Shown: positions 38,386-46,419 of the stretch, in pieces
Numbering within the stretch: the first letter of the stretch is position 1
Layout of the letters: every line of letters starts with the position of its first letter
NCBI GenBank assembly: GCA_046091605.1
Contig: JBJTCB010000016.1
Coordinates: 2,593-66,592 of the forward strand
Direction: 5' to 3'
Source of the DNA: Actinomycetota bacterium
GTDB lineage: Bacteria; Actinomycetota; Acidimicrobiia; Acidimicrobiales; Ilumatobacteraceae
DNA length: 64,000 bases
Notes under the pieces: model-generated
What the model was told of the DNA's origin: nothing
The model's input: the letters and a program-made list of their open reading frames with translations, nothing else
The model's database searches: none
Made by a program: the position numbers and the translations under genes

Positions 38386-39311
38386 GTTCGGGCCCCGGAG
38401 TCGGCGCGCGCCTGCGCGGGCGCGACGACATCCACGTGATCGCGGCGGTGCTCGCCGTCGCGGCGTGGGGAGTGGGGCCGGTCCTCAACAAGTCGATGGA
38501 GGTCGACACCCCCGCGATCGTCTTCTACCGGATGGTCGTGGGAGTTCCGATGATGGTGTTCATGGCGCAGAGATTCGGCACCGGGATCGACCGCCGACTC
38601 CTGCGGATCACGGCTCTCCCCGGGGTGTTGTTCTCGCTGTCGTTCATCACCGGGTTCGCATCGGTGAAGATGACATCGATCGCGAACGCGACGCTGGTGA
38701 CGAATCTCCAGCCCGTGCTCGTGCTGCTGGTCGCTCCGAAGCTCTTCGGCGAGCGACTCCGCAAGAATCAGTTGCTTCTCGGTGCGGTGTCGATGGCCGG
38801 GGTTCTCACCGTGGTGCTCGCGGCCGCCTCCACGAGCGGAGCCAGGTGGACCGGCGATGTCATGGCGGCCGTCAATGTCGTGATCTGGACGGGGTACTTC
38901 CTGCTCGCCAAGCAGCGACGGGTCGATGGTGTGGATTCGTGGTCGTTCCTGGCCGGGGTGTTCCTGTGGGCCTCGGTGGTGGTGCTGCCCTTCGGGGGGC
39001 TCGCATCGAGCGATCTCGGCGCGATGACCACCAAGGACTGGCTCTGCGTGATCGGGATGGCGCTCGGTCCCGGCATCATCGGCCACGGCCTCATGACATG
39101 GTCACAGAGTCACGTCGATGTCACCCTCGCTTCGATCCTCGGGTTGTTGAGCCCCGTCATCTCGACGGCACTCGCGTGGGTCGTCTTCGGTGAGTCACTC
39201 ACGTTCGTGCAGTTGATCGGGGCCACAGTCGTGATCTGGTCCCTCGCGGCGCTCGTGCGCTCCCAAACGGGTTTGAATGCTCCGGTGGTGCCGATCCGCG
39301 AGGAAATCTGA
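38382..39311 (+). CDS. EamA/DMT-family transporter
   Basis: About 10 TM segments in two EamA-like repeats. 309 aa. Confidence 0.85.
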   Translation: MSSGPGVGARLRGRDDIHVIAAVLAVAAWGVGPVLNKSMEVDTPAIVFYRMVVGVPMMVFMAQRFGTGIDRRLLRITALPGVLFSLSFITGFASVKMTSIANATLVTNLQPVLVLLVAPKLFGERLRKNQLLLGAVSMAGVLTVVLAAASTSGARWTGDVMAAVNVVIWTGYFLLAKQRRVDGVDSWSFLAGVFLWASVVVLPFGGLASSDLGAMTTKDWLCVIGMALGPGIIGHGLMTWSQSHVDVTLASILGLLSPVISTALAWVVFGESLTFVQLIGATVVIWSLAALVRSQTGLNAPVVPIREEI

Positions 39312-39316
39312 CCCCG

Positions 39317-39344
39317 TTGCAGGCACGCCTCCCGGGGCTACAAT
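39317..39344 (+). promoter_or_regulatory. Sigma-70-like promoter candidate for tRNA-Gly
   Basis: TTGCAG (39317-39322), a 16-nt spacer, then TACAAT (39339-39344). The mature tRNA 5' end is 11 nt downstream. Confidence 0.4.
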
Positions 39345-39355
39345 CGTTTTCCTTC

Positions 39356-39431
39356 GCGGACGTGGCTCAGTTGGTAGAGCATCACCTTGCCAAGGTGAGG
39401 GTCGCGGGTTCGAATCCCGTCGTCCGCTCCA
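39356..39431 (+). tRNA. tRNA-Gly (anticodon GCC), CCA encoded
   Basis: Acceptor GCGGACG/CGUCCGC, D arm with GCUCAGUUGGUAGAGC, anticodon stem UCACC/GGUGA with loop UUGCCAA, T arm GCGGG-UUCGAAU-CCCGU, then U plus CCA. Length is 76 nt. Confidence 0.95.
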
Positions 39432-39720
39432 AAGTTCTCACCACTCCCGCGACCGCATCACAATCGATGAATGCGTGATACTGGGACATGAAGGTCGGAC
39501 GATTGCGGCGAACCCCGACTATTCGATTGTCGAGGTGAAATCCGCCACTAGCTCCGGCGAGACCAGAAGGATGATGACCGCGAGTGGTCAGCGCTCAATA
39601 TCGGTGAGTACGTGCTGCGTCGGGATCGCTGCGATCCACAAAGATGTGCGATCCAATGTGTGGAGGCCACAATTGCGCTTGCTACTCGGTGGACGTTGGG
39701 TCGGTAGCGTGGGCAACCGG

Positions 39721-41502
39721 ATGTTGAAGCGCCTGTTGACAGAGACCCTCGCCCCCTACAAGAGGGTCCTGTGGCTGGTGGTGGTGCTCCAGGGGATCCA
39801 ATCCTTCGCCGGGCTCGCCCTGCCCACCCTGAACGCCGACATCATCGACAAGGGGGTGCGCCTCGGCGACCAGGGCTACATCGTGCGGATGGGCGCGGCG
39901 ATGCTGGCGGTCTCCCTCGTCCAGGTCGCGTTCTCGATCGGTGGGGTCTACTACGGCTCGCGGGCCGCCATGGGGTTCGGACGGGACGCGCGCGCCGGAC
40001 TGTTCCGCCGGGTGAACCAGTTCGCGGCGAGTGATGTGGCCAGGTTCGGGGCACCCTCGCTCATCACCCGGATCACGAACGACGTCCAGCAGGTCCAGAT
40101 GCTCGTGCTCATGTCCTGCACCATGCTCGTCGGCGCTCCGTTCACCGCGGTCGGGGGAATCGTGCTCGCGGCCCATCTCGATCTGGGTCTGTCGTGGATC
40201 TTCCTGGTGGCGGTGCCCGTGCTGCTGGTGTGCCTGGGCTCGATCATCGTGCGGATGGTCCCCACGTTCCGCGCGATGCAGGAGCGGATCGACCGCGTCA
40301 ACGAGGTTCTCCGCGAACAGCTCACCGGAATCCGCGTGGTGCGGGCCTTCGTGCGGGAACCCGAGGAGAAGGAGCGCTTCGACGAGGGCAACCGGCTGCT
40401 CACCGACACCGCCCTCAGGGGTGGGCGTCTGATGGCGCTCATGTTCCCGACGGTGACCCTGCTCGTGAATGTCTCGAGCGTGGCGGTGGTCTGGTTCGGC
40501 GCGAACCGCATCGTCTCGGGCGACATGCAGGTGGGTTCGCTCGTGGCCTACCTCACCTATCTCACCCAGATCCTCATGTCGGTCATGCTCGCCACCTACA
40601 TCGGTGCTCTCCTGCCGCGTGCCTCGGTCAGCGCGGACCGCATCATGGAAGTGCTCGATGCCTCGCCGTCGGTGGAGCCGCCGCCGCATCCCGTGAGCCC
40701 GACCGCTTGTCGCGCCACACTCGAGTTCCGGGGCGTGGGATTCTCGTACCCCGGTGCCGAGGAGCCCGTGCTCCGGGATCTCTCGGTCACGGTCTCGGCT
40801 GGCGAGACGCTCGCGATCGTGGGGAGCACCGGGTCGGGCAAGACCACCGTCTGCAACCTGATCGCGCGGCTCTTCGATGTCACCGAGGGTGCCGTCTCGA
40901 TCGATGGCGTCGATGTCCGCGACCTCGACCCCTCTCAGTTGTGGTCGCGCATCGGACTCGTGCCCCAGAAGCCCTACCTGTTCTCCGGGACCGTCGCATC
41001 CAATCTGCGGTTCGGAAAGCCCGATGCCACCGACGACGAGATGTGGTCGGCGCTGCGGGTCGCCCAGGCCGAGGACTTCGTGCGCGCGATGGACGGGGGA
41101 CTCCAGGCAGCGATCGTGCAGGGCGGGGCGAACGTCTCGGGAGGCCAGCGCCAGAGGCTCTCGATCGCGCGGGCCCTGATCCACAAGCCCGAGATCTATG
41201 TCTTCGACGACTCGTTCTCGGCGCTCGATCTCGCCACCGATGCGCGTCTGCGCGCCGCGCTCGCACCGTGGGTGACCGACGCGATCACTGTCGTGGTGGC
41301 ACAGCGCATCTCCACGATCCGCGGGGCCGACCGGATCCTCGTGCTCGAGGATGGCCGCACCGTCGGACTCGGCACGCACGAGGAATTGCTCGCAAGTTGT
41401 GCCACGTACCGCGAGATCGTCGAGTCCCAGGCGAGCGCCCACGATGGCGCGGTGTCTGCCGCCGTCGCGACCGCGACGCCCGGTGCGGCGGTGCCGACAT
41501 GA
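39721..41502 (+). CDS. ABC exporter, fused permease/ATPase subunit 1 (degenerate Walker B)
   Basis: ATG 39721. It has six TM helices followed by an NBD: Walker A GSTGSGKTT, signature VSGGQRQRL, and Walker B IYVFDDS (Asp in place of the catalytic Glu). Confidence 0.92.
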   Translation: MLKRLLTETLAPYKRVLWLVVVLQGIQSFAGLALPTLNADIIDKGVRLGDQGYIVRMGAAMLAVSLVQVAFSIGGVYYGSRAAMGFGRDARAGLFRRVNQFAASDVARFGAPSLITRITNDVQQVQMLVLMSCTMLVGAPFTAVGGIVLAAHLDLGLSWIFLVAVPVLLVCLGSIIVRMVPTFRAMQERIDRVNEVLREQLTGIRVVRAFVREPEEKERFDEGNRLLTDTALRGGRLMALMFPTVTLLVNVSSVAVVWFGANRIVSGDMQVGSLVAYLTYLTQILMSVMLATYIGALLPRASVSADRIMEVLDASPSVEPPPHPVSPTACRATLEFRGVGFSYPGAEEPVLRDLSVTVSAGETLAIVGSTGSGKTTVCNLIARLFDVTEGAVSIDGVDVRDLDPSQLWSRIGLVPQKPYLFSGTVASNLRFGKPDATDDEMWSALRVAQAEDFVRAMDGGLQAAIVQGGANVSGGQRQRLSIARALIHKPEIYVFDDSFSALDLATDARLRAALAPWVTDAITVVVAQRISTIRGADRILVLEDGRTVGLGTHEELLASCATYREIVESQASAHDGAVSAAVATATPGAAVPT

Positions 41503-43394
41503 GCGAGCAGACGCACGGACAAGGGGCACAGGCACCCGCCTCGGGAGAGGCTGCCGCGCGACTCGGGGCCTCGATGAGGGAGGGCCGGATGAGCGCGGTC
41601 GGGATGCCGACCGCCAAGTCGAAGGACTTCGGTGCCGCAGCAAGACGACTGGCGGGTCGGATGTCGCACGAACGATGGCTCATGGCCGCGATCGGTCTCA
41701 TGGCGCTCGTCAGTGTCGGGCTCGTGGTGACCGGGCCGCGGGTGCTCGGTCACGCCACCGACATCCTCTTCGACGGCCTCCTGCGCCGGCGCGGACGCGA
41801 CGGGGTCGACTTCGCGGCGCTGCACCGCACGCTCCTGTTCGCACTCGTGCTGTACGTGGCGTCGTTCCTGCTCGGGTACGGACAGTCGTTCTTGCTGACC
41901 GGCGTCGTCCAGAGGACCATGCGAAAGTTGCGCACCGACGTCGAGGACAAGATCCACCGGCTGCCGCTGTCCTTCATCGACCGCAACGCCCGGGGTGACC
42001 TCCTCAGCCGCGTCACGAACGACATCGACAACATCTCCCAGAGCCTCCAGCAGTCGCTCAGCCAGCTCGTGACCTCGCTCCTCACGATCGTCGGGGTGCT
42101 GGTGATGATGCTCGTGATCTCACCCCTGCTCGCGCTCGTCGCTCTCGTGACCGTGCCGCTCTCGCTCGCGATGATGAAGCAGATCGCCGCGCGCTCACGG
42201 GCCAAGTTCATCGCCCAGTGGGCCCACACCGGCGAGCTGAACGGCCTCATCGAGGAGACCTTCACCGGTCACACGATCGTGAAGGCATTCGGACGCCAAT
42301 CCGACGTCGAGGAGCGGTTCGCCACCACCAATGAACGCCTCCACGATGCCGGGTTCGCCGCACAGTTCATCTCCGGGTCGATCCAGCCGTTGATGTGGTT
42401 CCTCGGGAACCTGAACTACGTCGCGATCGCGGTCGTCGGTGGACTCCGGGTCTCGTCGGGTGCCCTGGGGCTGGGTGATGTCCAGGCCTTCATCCAGTAC
42501 TCGCGTCAATTCACCCAGCCCCTCACGCAGGCCGCCTCGATGGTCAATGTCCTGCAGTCGGGCGTCGCCTCGGCCGAGCGAGTCTTCGAGTTGCTCGATG
42601 AACCCGACGAGCGCCCGGACCCCGCGTCTCCGGGGCCGCTCGAGGTGCGCGGCCGGGTCGAGTTCCGCGACGTGTCGTTTGCCTACGTGCCGGGCACGCA
42701 CCTGATCGAGAACCTCTCGCTCGTGGCCGAACCCGGCCAGACCGTGGCGATCGTCGGCCCGACCGGGGCCGGCAAGACGACGCTCGTGAACCTGCTCATG
42801 CGCTACTACGAACTCGATGGCGGTGCGATCATCCTCGACGGTCGCGACATCACCGGGATGCCGCGTGCCGATCTGCGCCGCCGGTTCGGCATGGTGCTCC
42901 AGGACGCGTGGCTCTTCAGGGGCACGATCCGCGACAACATCGCCTACGGCAATCCCTCGGCCACCGACGATGACGTCCTCGCCGCCGCACGCGCCACCCA
43001 TGTCGACCGTTTCGTGCGCACCCTGCCGCGCGGCTACTCGACCGTGCTCGACAACGAGGGCGGCGCGGTGAGCGCGGGGGAGAAGCAGCTCATCACGATC
43101 GCACGCGCGTTCGTGGCCGACCCGAGCATCCTCATCCTCGACGAGGCGACGAGCTCGGTCGACACCCGCACCGAGGTGCTCATCCAGAAGGCGATGGCGG
43201 CGTTGCGGTCCGGACGCACCAGTTTCGTCATCGCGCACAGATTGTCGACGATCCGCGACGCATCGGTGATCCTGGTGATGGAGTCGGGCCGCATCGTGGA
43301 GAAGGGTTCGCACGAGGAACTGATGGCGCACAACGGTGCGTACCGCCGGTTGTACGAGTCGCAATTCGCAGGTGCCGTCGCCGATCCGGTCTGA
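41499..43394 (+). CDS. ABC exporter, fused permease/ATPase subunit 2 (consensus Walker B, degenerate signature)
   Basis: ATG 41499 overlaps the subunit-1 stop (ATGA). Walker A is GPTGAGKTT, the signature is VSAGEKQ (not LSGGQ), and Walker B is ILILDEATS. Confidence 0.92.
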   Translation: MSEQTHGQGAQAPASGEAAARLGASMREGRMSAVGMPTAKSKDFGAAARRLAGRMSHERWLMAAIGLMALVSVGLVVTGPRVLGHATDILFDGLLRRRGRDGVDFAALHRTLLFALVLYVASFLLGYGQSFLLTGVVQRTMRKLRTDVEDKIHRLPLSFIDRNARGDLLSRVTNDIDNISQSLQQSLSQLVTSLLTIVGVLVMMLVISPLLALVALVTVPLSLAMMKQIAARSRAKFIAQWAHTGELNGLIEETFTGHTIVKAFGRQSDVEERFATTNERLHDAGFAAQFISGSIQPLMWFLGNLNYVAIAVVGGLRVSSGALGLGDVQAFIQYSRQFTQPLTQAASMVNVLQSGVASAERVFELLDEPDERPDPASPGPLEVRGRVEFRDVSFAYVPGTHLIENLSLVAEPGQTVAIVGPTGAGKTTLVNLLMRYYELDGGAIILDGRDITGMPRADLRRRFGMVLQDAWLFRGTIRDNIAYGNPSATDDDVLAAARATHVDRFVRTLPRGYSTVLDNEGGAVSAGEKQLITIARAFVADPSILILDEATSSVDTRTEVLIQKAMAALRSGRTSFVIAHRLSTIRDASVILVMESGRIVEKGSHEELMAHNGAYRRLYESQFAGAVADPV

Positions 43395-43425
43395 CGACCG
43401 GTCGCGACCCGCCCCGAGGCTCGGC

Positions 43426-43776
43426 TCAGGCCGCGAACAGGCCCGGGTCCACGAGTGCACCACGGGAGGATGCACGCGCAAGCAGGATCTCGACTGCGCT
43501 CTTGGTCGAGTCATCGAACGATCGACCACCGAGGGGGATCGCGAAGCTGGTGCGCCGACCCTCGAGTCCGATCACCAGCACCTCGCCCCCGAGGGCATCC
43601 GTGCGCACGGTTGCCCTCGAGATCCTGTCGGCCGGGATGATGCGCTCGCCGAACCAGGTGCTCACGACGATGGAGTCGCCCTGGATGCGGATCGCGCGGG
43701 TCGACTCGGCCAGCCACGTGAGTCCGGCAACGGCCAGAACCAATGCCGCGTAGGAGATGACGGTGAGTGTGTTCAT
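43426..43776 (-). CDS. Small membrane-anchored hypothetical protein (116 aa)
   Basis: N-terminal TM helix VISYAALVLAVAGLTWL plus a beta-rich soluble domain. Its start overlaps the stop of the upstream TauD-family gene by 4 nt. Confidence 0.55.
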   Translation of the reverse strand: MNTLTVISYAALVLAVAGLTWLAESTRAIRIQGDSIVVSTWFGERIIPADRISRATVRTDALGGEVLVIGLEGRRTSFAIPLGGRSFDDSTKSAVEILLARASSRGALVDPGLFAA

Positions 43777-44669
43777 CGCACCGTGACGGTCGGATCGCTC
43801 GGGACATGCGAGACGAATCCGTCGGGCCCGATCGGGGTGGTGCCCCTCAGCGTCACGCGTCGCATGATGCGCTCGGTCGCGCCGTAATCATCGATCGCAT
43901 AGTGCATCGTCGCCCGGTTGTCCCACATCAGCACATCCCCCGAGCGCCACCGGTGGCGCAGCGCCAGCTCCGGCTGGGTCATGTGCGCGTACAGCAGCGC
44001 GAGCAGGCCGTCGCTCTCGGTGCGGCTCATCCCGACGATGTGGCTGGTGAAACCGGGGTTCACGAACAACGAGGGCCGGCCGGTGGAGGGATGCACGCGC
44101 ACCACGGGGTGGACCACCGGCGGCACACGCAGTGAGTCCTCGTGGAGCTTCTGGGCATCCTCGCGGGAGAGAGCGGTGTCGAAGGGCTCGCCCCAGTAGG
44201 CGAGCGGAGAGATGCGGTGCACCGCACGCAAGTCGCGGATCGCGTCGCGAAGCGCGGGGTGCAGCCGCTCGTAGGCGCTGCGGGTGTCGACCCACATCGT
44301 GTCCCCACCCCAGTCGGGCACATGCTCGGCCACGAGCACCGACGCGGCAGGGGGTGTTGCCACGAAAGTGACATCGGTGTGCCAGCGCGCGTTCTTGCCG
44401 CCCTTCTGGGCATCGAGCACGAGGATCTCGGGGTGATCGGGATGACCCGGCACCACCGGGTGAGCGGGGGTGGGCTCACCGAGGCTGCGCGCCAGTGTCA
44501 CCTGGTCGGCCGGGGAGAGGAACTGATCGCGGAAGACCAACACGAGATGCTTCTCGAGGAGAGTCAGAACCTCGCCCTCGGCGAAGTCGCGACGCAGGTC
44601 CACCCCGTCGATCTCGGCCCCGAAAACCCCTGTTATCTGGGTGGCTTTTGCACTCACTGCCAGGTTCAT
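43773..44669 (-). CDS. TauD/TfdA-family Fe(II)/2-oxoglutarate-dependent dioxygenase
   Basis: Start is the internal ATG at 44669 (MNLAVSAKATQITGVFGAEIDGVDL...). It has the HxD metal motif WHTDVTF, plus WDNRATMH and RVTL. Confidence 0.9.
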   Translation of the reverse strand: MNLAVSAKATQITGVFGAEIDGVDLRRDFAEGEVLTLLEKHLVLVFRDQFLSPADQVTLARSLGEPTPAHPVVPGHPDHPEILVLDAQKGGKNARWHTDVTFVATPPAASVLVAEHVPDWGGDTMWVDTRSAYERLHPALRDAIRDLRAVHRISPLAYWGEPFDTALSREDAQKLHEDSLRVPPVVHPVVRVHPSTGRPSLFVNPGFTSHIVGMSRTESDGLLALLYAHMTQPELALRHRWRSGDVLMWDNRATMHYAIDDYGATERIMRRVTLRGTTPIGPDGFVSHVPSDPTVTVR

Positions 44670-44753
44670 GGCCACACCATAGCGGAATTCCGGCAATTCC
44701 TGATAAACAATGTCGGGTTTGTGTGGGGACCCGACGGCGAGGAGGAGCACAAG

Positions 44754-45404
44754 GTGGGACACCAGTTTCCCGTCAATCTGAATCTTGAGGGACGCTCCGT
44801 GCTCGTCGTCGGTGGCGGGCGCATCGCGTTCCGCAAGACCGAACAGATTCTCCCCACGGGCGCCCAGATCACGGTGGTCGCCCCCGAGATCCGGCCGGAG
44901 TTCGAGGCTCTCGACGTGGTGCGGGTGAGGCGGGGGTTCCACGACGCTGATCTCGACGGTGTGCGCCTCGTCATCACCGCGACCGGCGTGCGCGAGGTCG
45001 ACCAGGCCGTCTTCGATGGGGCAGAGCGGCGCGGTGTGTGGGTCAACTCGGCCGATGATCCCGACCGGTGCACATTCACCCTGCCAGCCGTCGTGCGGCG
45101 GGGCGCCTTGATGGTCACCACGTCGACCGCGGGGGCGAGCCCCGCACTCTCGTCGTTCCTGAGGGCGCGGGTCGCAGAGATGCTCGGCGACGAGTGGGCC
45201 CATGTCGTGGAGGATCTCTCTGAGCGCAGGCGCGACTTCCATGCGCGCGGGATCAGCACCGAGTCGATCGACTGGCGCCCGATCATCGACGAGGTGCTCG
45301 CGGATCGCGGACTCGCGCTCCCGGGGGCTGTTGCTCCCGCGGGGGCCGCTGTTCCTGCAGGAGACATAGTCCCTGCAGAAGACACAGTCGAGGTGCCGGC
45401 GTGA
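44754..45404 (+). CDS. Siroheme synthase N-terminal module (precorrin-2 dehydrogenase / sirohydrochlorin ferrochelatase, CysG-N/SirC-like)
   Basis: GTG 44754 follows RBS GGAGGAG. It has the Rossmann motif VVGGGRIAFRK and TFTLPAVVRRGALMVTTSTAGASPALS. Confidence 0.8.
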   Translation: MGHQFPVNLNLEGRSVLVVGGGRIAFRKTEQILPTGAQITVVAPEIRPEFEALDVVRVRRGFHDADLDGVRLVITATGVREVDQAVFDGAERRGVWVNSADDPDRCTFTLPAVVRRGALMVTTSTAGASPALSSFLRARVAEMLGDEWAHVVEDLSERRRDFHARGISTESIDWRPIIDEVLADRGLALPGAVAPAGAAVPAGDIVPAEDTVEVPA

Positions 45405-46135
45405 CCGTCTCTCTCGTCGGCGCCGGGCCCGGTGATCCCGAGCTTCTCACCGTGCGAGCCGCACGGCTCATCGCCTCGGCCGATGTGATCGTCCACGACG
45501 CGTTGGTCGACGCCTCGATCCTCGACCTCGCCCCGCGATCGGCCGAGATCATCGACGTCGGCAAACGTCCCGGCCGTGCGGTTCCCCAGGAGATGATCAA
45601 CGCTCTGCTGGTTCATCTCGGCCATCAGGGTCGCAATGTGGTGCGTCTGAAGGGTGGCGACCCCTATGTCTTCGGTCGTGGCGGTGAGGAGGCCCTCGCT
45701 CTGCGCGACGCGGGAATTCCGTTCTCCGTCGTGCCCGGAGTGACATCGGCGGTCGGTGCGCCGGCAGCCGCTGGCATCCCCGTCACCCACCGCGGAGTCT
45801 CGGTGGGATTCACCGTCGTGACCGGGCATCGGGAACGGGGCGGTGCGAGCAGCATCGACTGGGAGTCGCTCGCCAAGGTGGGCACCACGATCGTGGTGCT
45901 GATGGGTGTCGCCGAACGAGGAGTCATCGCCGAACGCCTGATGCGAGGCGGCCTCGAACCCGCCACGCCGGCGGCAGCGATCAGGTTCGGCACGCGGCAC
46001 GATCAAGAAGTCGTGAGATGCGATCTCGCCGGGCTCGGTGCGGCACCGATCGACTCGCCCGCAACGATCGTGATCGGAGCGGTGGCCGCGTTCGATCTCG
46101 GTGGGCTCCTCGCGGCGACGGAGACGACCCGATGA
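45401..46135 (+). CDS. cobA: Uroporphyrinogen-III C-methyltransferase
   Basis: VGAGPGDPELLTVRA, VVRLKGGDPYVFGRGGEE, and PGVTSA. Confidence 0.92.
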   Translation: MTVSLVGAGPGDPELLTVRAARLIASADVIVHDALVDASILDLAPRSAEIIDVGKRPGRAVPQEMINALLVHLGHQGRNVVRLKGGDPYVFGRGGEEALALRDAGIPFSVVPGVTSAVGAPAAAGIPVTHRGVSVGFTVVTGHRERGGASSIDWESLAKVGTTIVVLMGVAERGVIAERLMRGGLEPATPAAAIRFGTRHDQEVVRCDLAGLGAAPIDSPATIVIGAVAAFDLGGLLAATETTR

Positions 46136-46389
46136 GACGCTCGATCGACGACCAGCCGATCACGGCCGAGGATCTCCCTCCCGGGATCGACGATGCGACC
46201 CCCGTGTCGTGGGCGGTCGCGGTGTGCGACGACTACGACGATGCGACCTGCCGAGTGATCCTGACGGTCGAGGACTTGGGCCGACCCGGAGCCGGGATCG
46301 CCGCTCACCTCGCCGGTGCAGATGCTCGGCGACTGCGGGCCGCGCTGCGCGATGCCCTGCGCGAGATCGGCGAGGACACCGGGGTCTGA
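46132..46389 (+). CDS. Small acidic hypothetical protein (85 aa) within the siroheme/sulfite reductase operon
   Basis: ATG 46132 overlaps the cobA stop (ATGA). I recognise no family. Confidence 0.5.
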   Translation: MRRSIDDQPITAEDLPPGIDDATPVSWAVAVCDDYDDATCRVILTVEDLGRPGAGIAAHLAGADARRLRAALRDALREIGEDTGV

Positions 46390-46419
46390 GCCCGGCGAAT
46401 TCTGTTGAAGGACGAGACA

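Noticed and set aside
39277-39720. N-terminal extension of the ABC exporter ORF (741-aa version)
   Set aside because: The open frame runs straight through tRNA-Gly and the EamA 3' end. MLKRLLTETLAPYKR at 39721 is a typical ABC exporter N-terminus.
40194-41498. N-terminal half of the 1066-aa ORF 40194..43394
   Set aside because: It is out of frame with ABC subunit 1 and has Arg/Gly/Pro-rich nonsense composition. The real subunit 2 starts at ATG 41499, where the sequence becomes a normal TMD.
39356-43394. Genomic island integrated at tRNA-Gly
   Set aside because: I found no integrase and no direct repeat of the tRNA 3' end downstream. The ABC exporter genes have the same composition as the core genome. 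Only the 290-nt spacer is compositionally odd, and it is reported as a finding.
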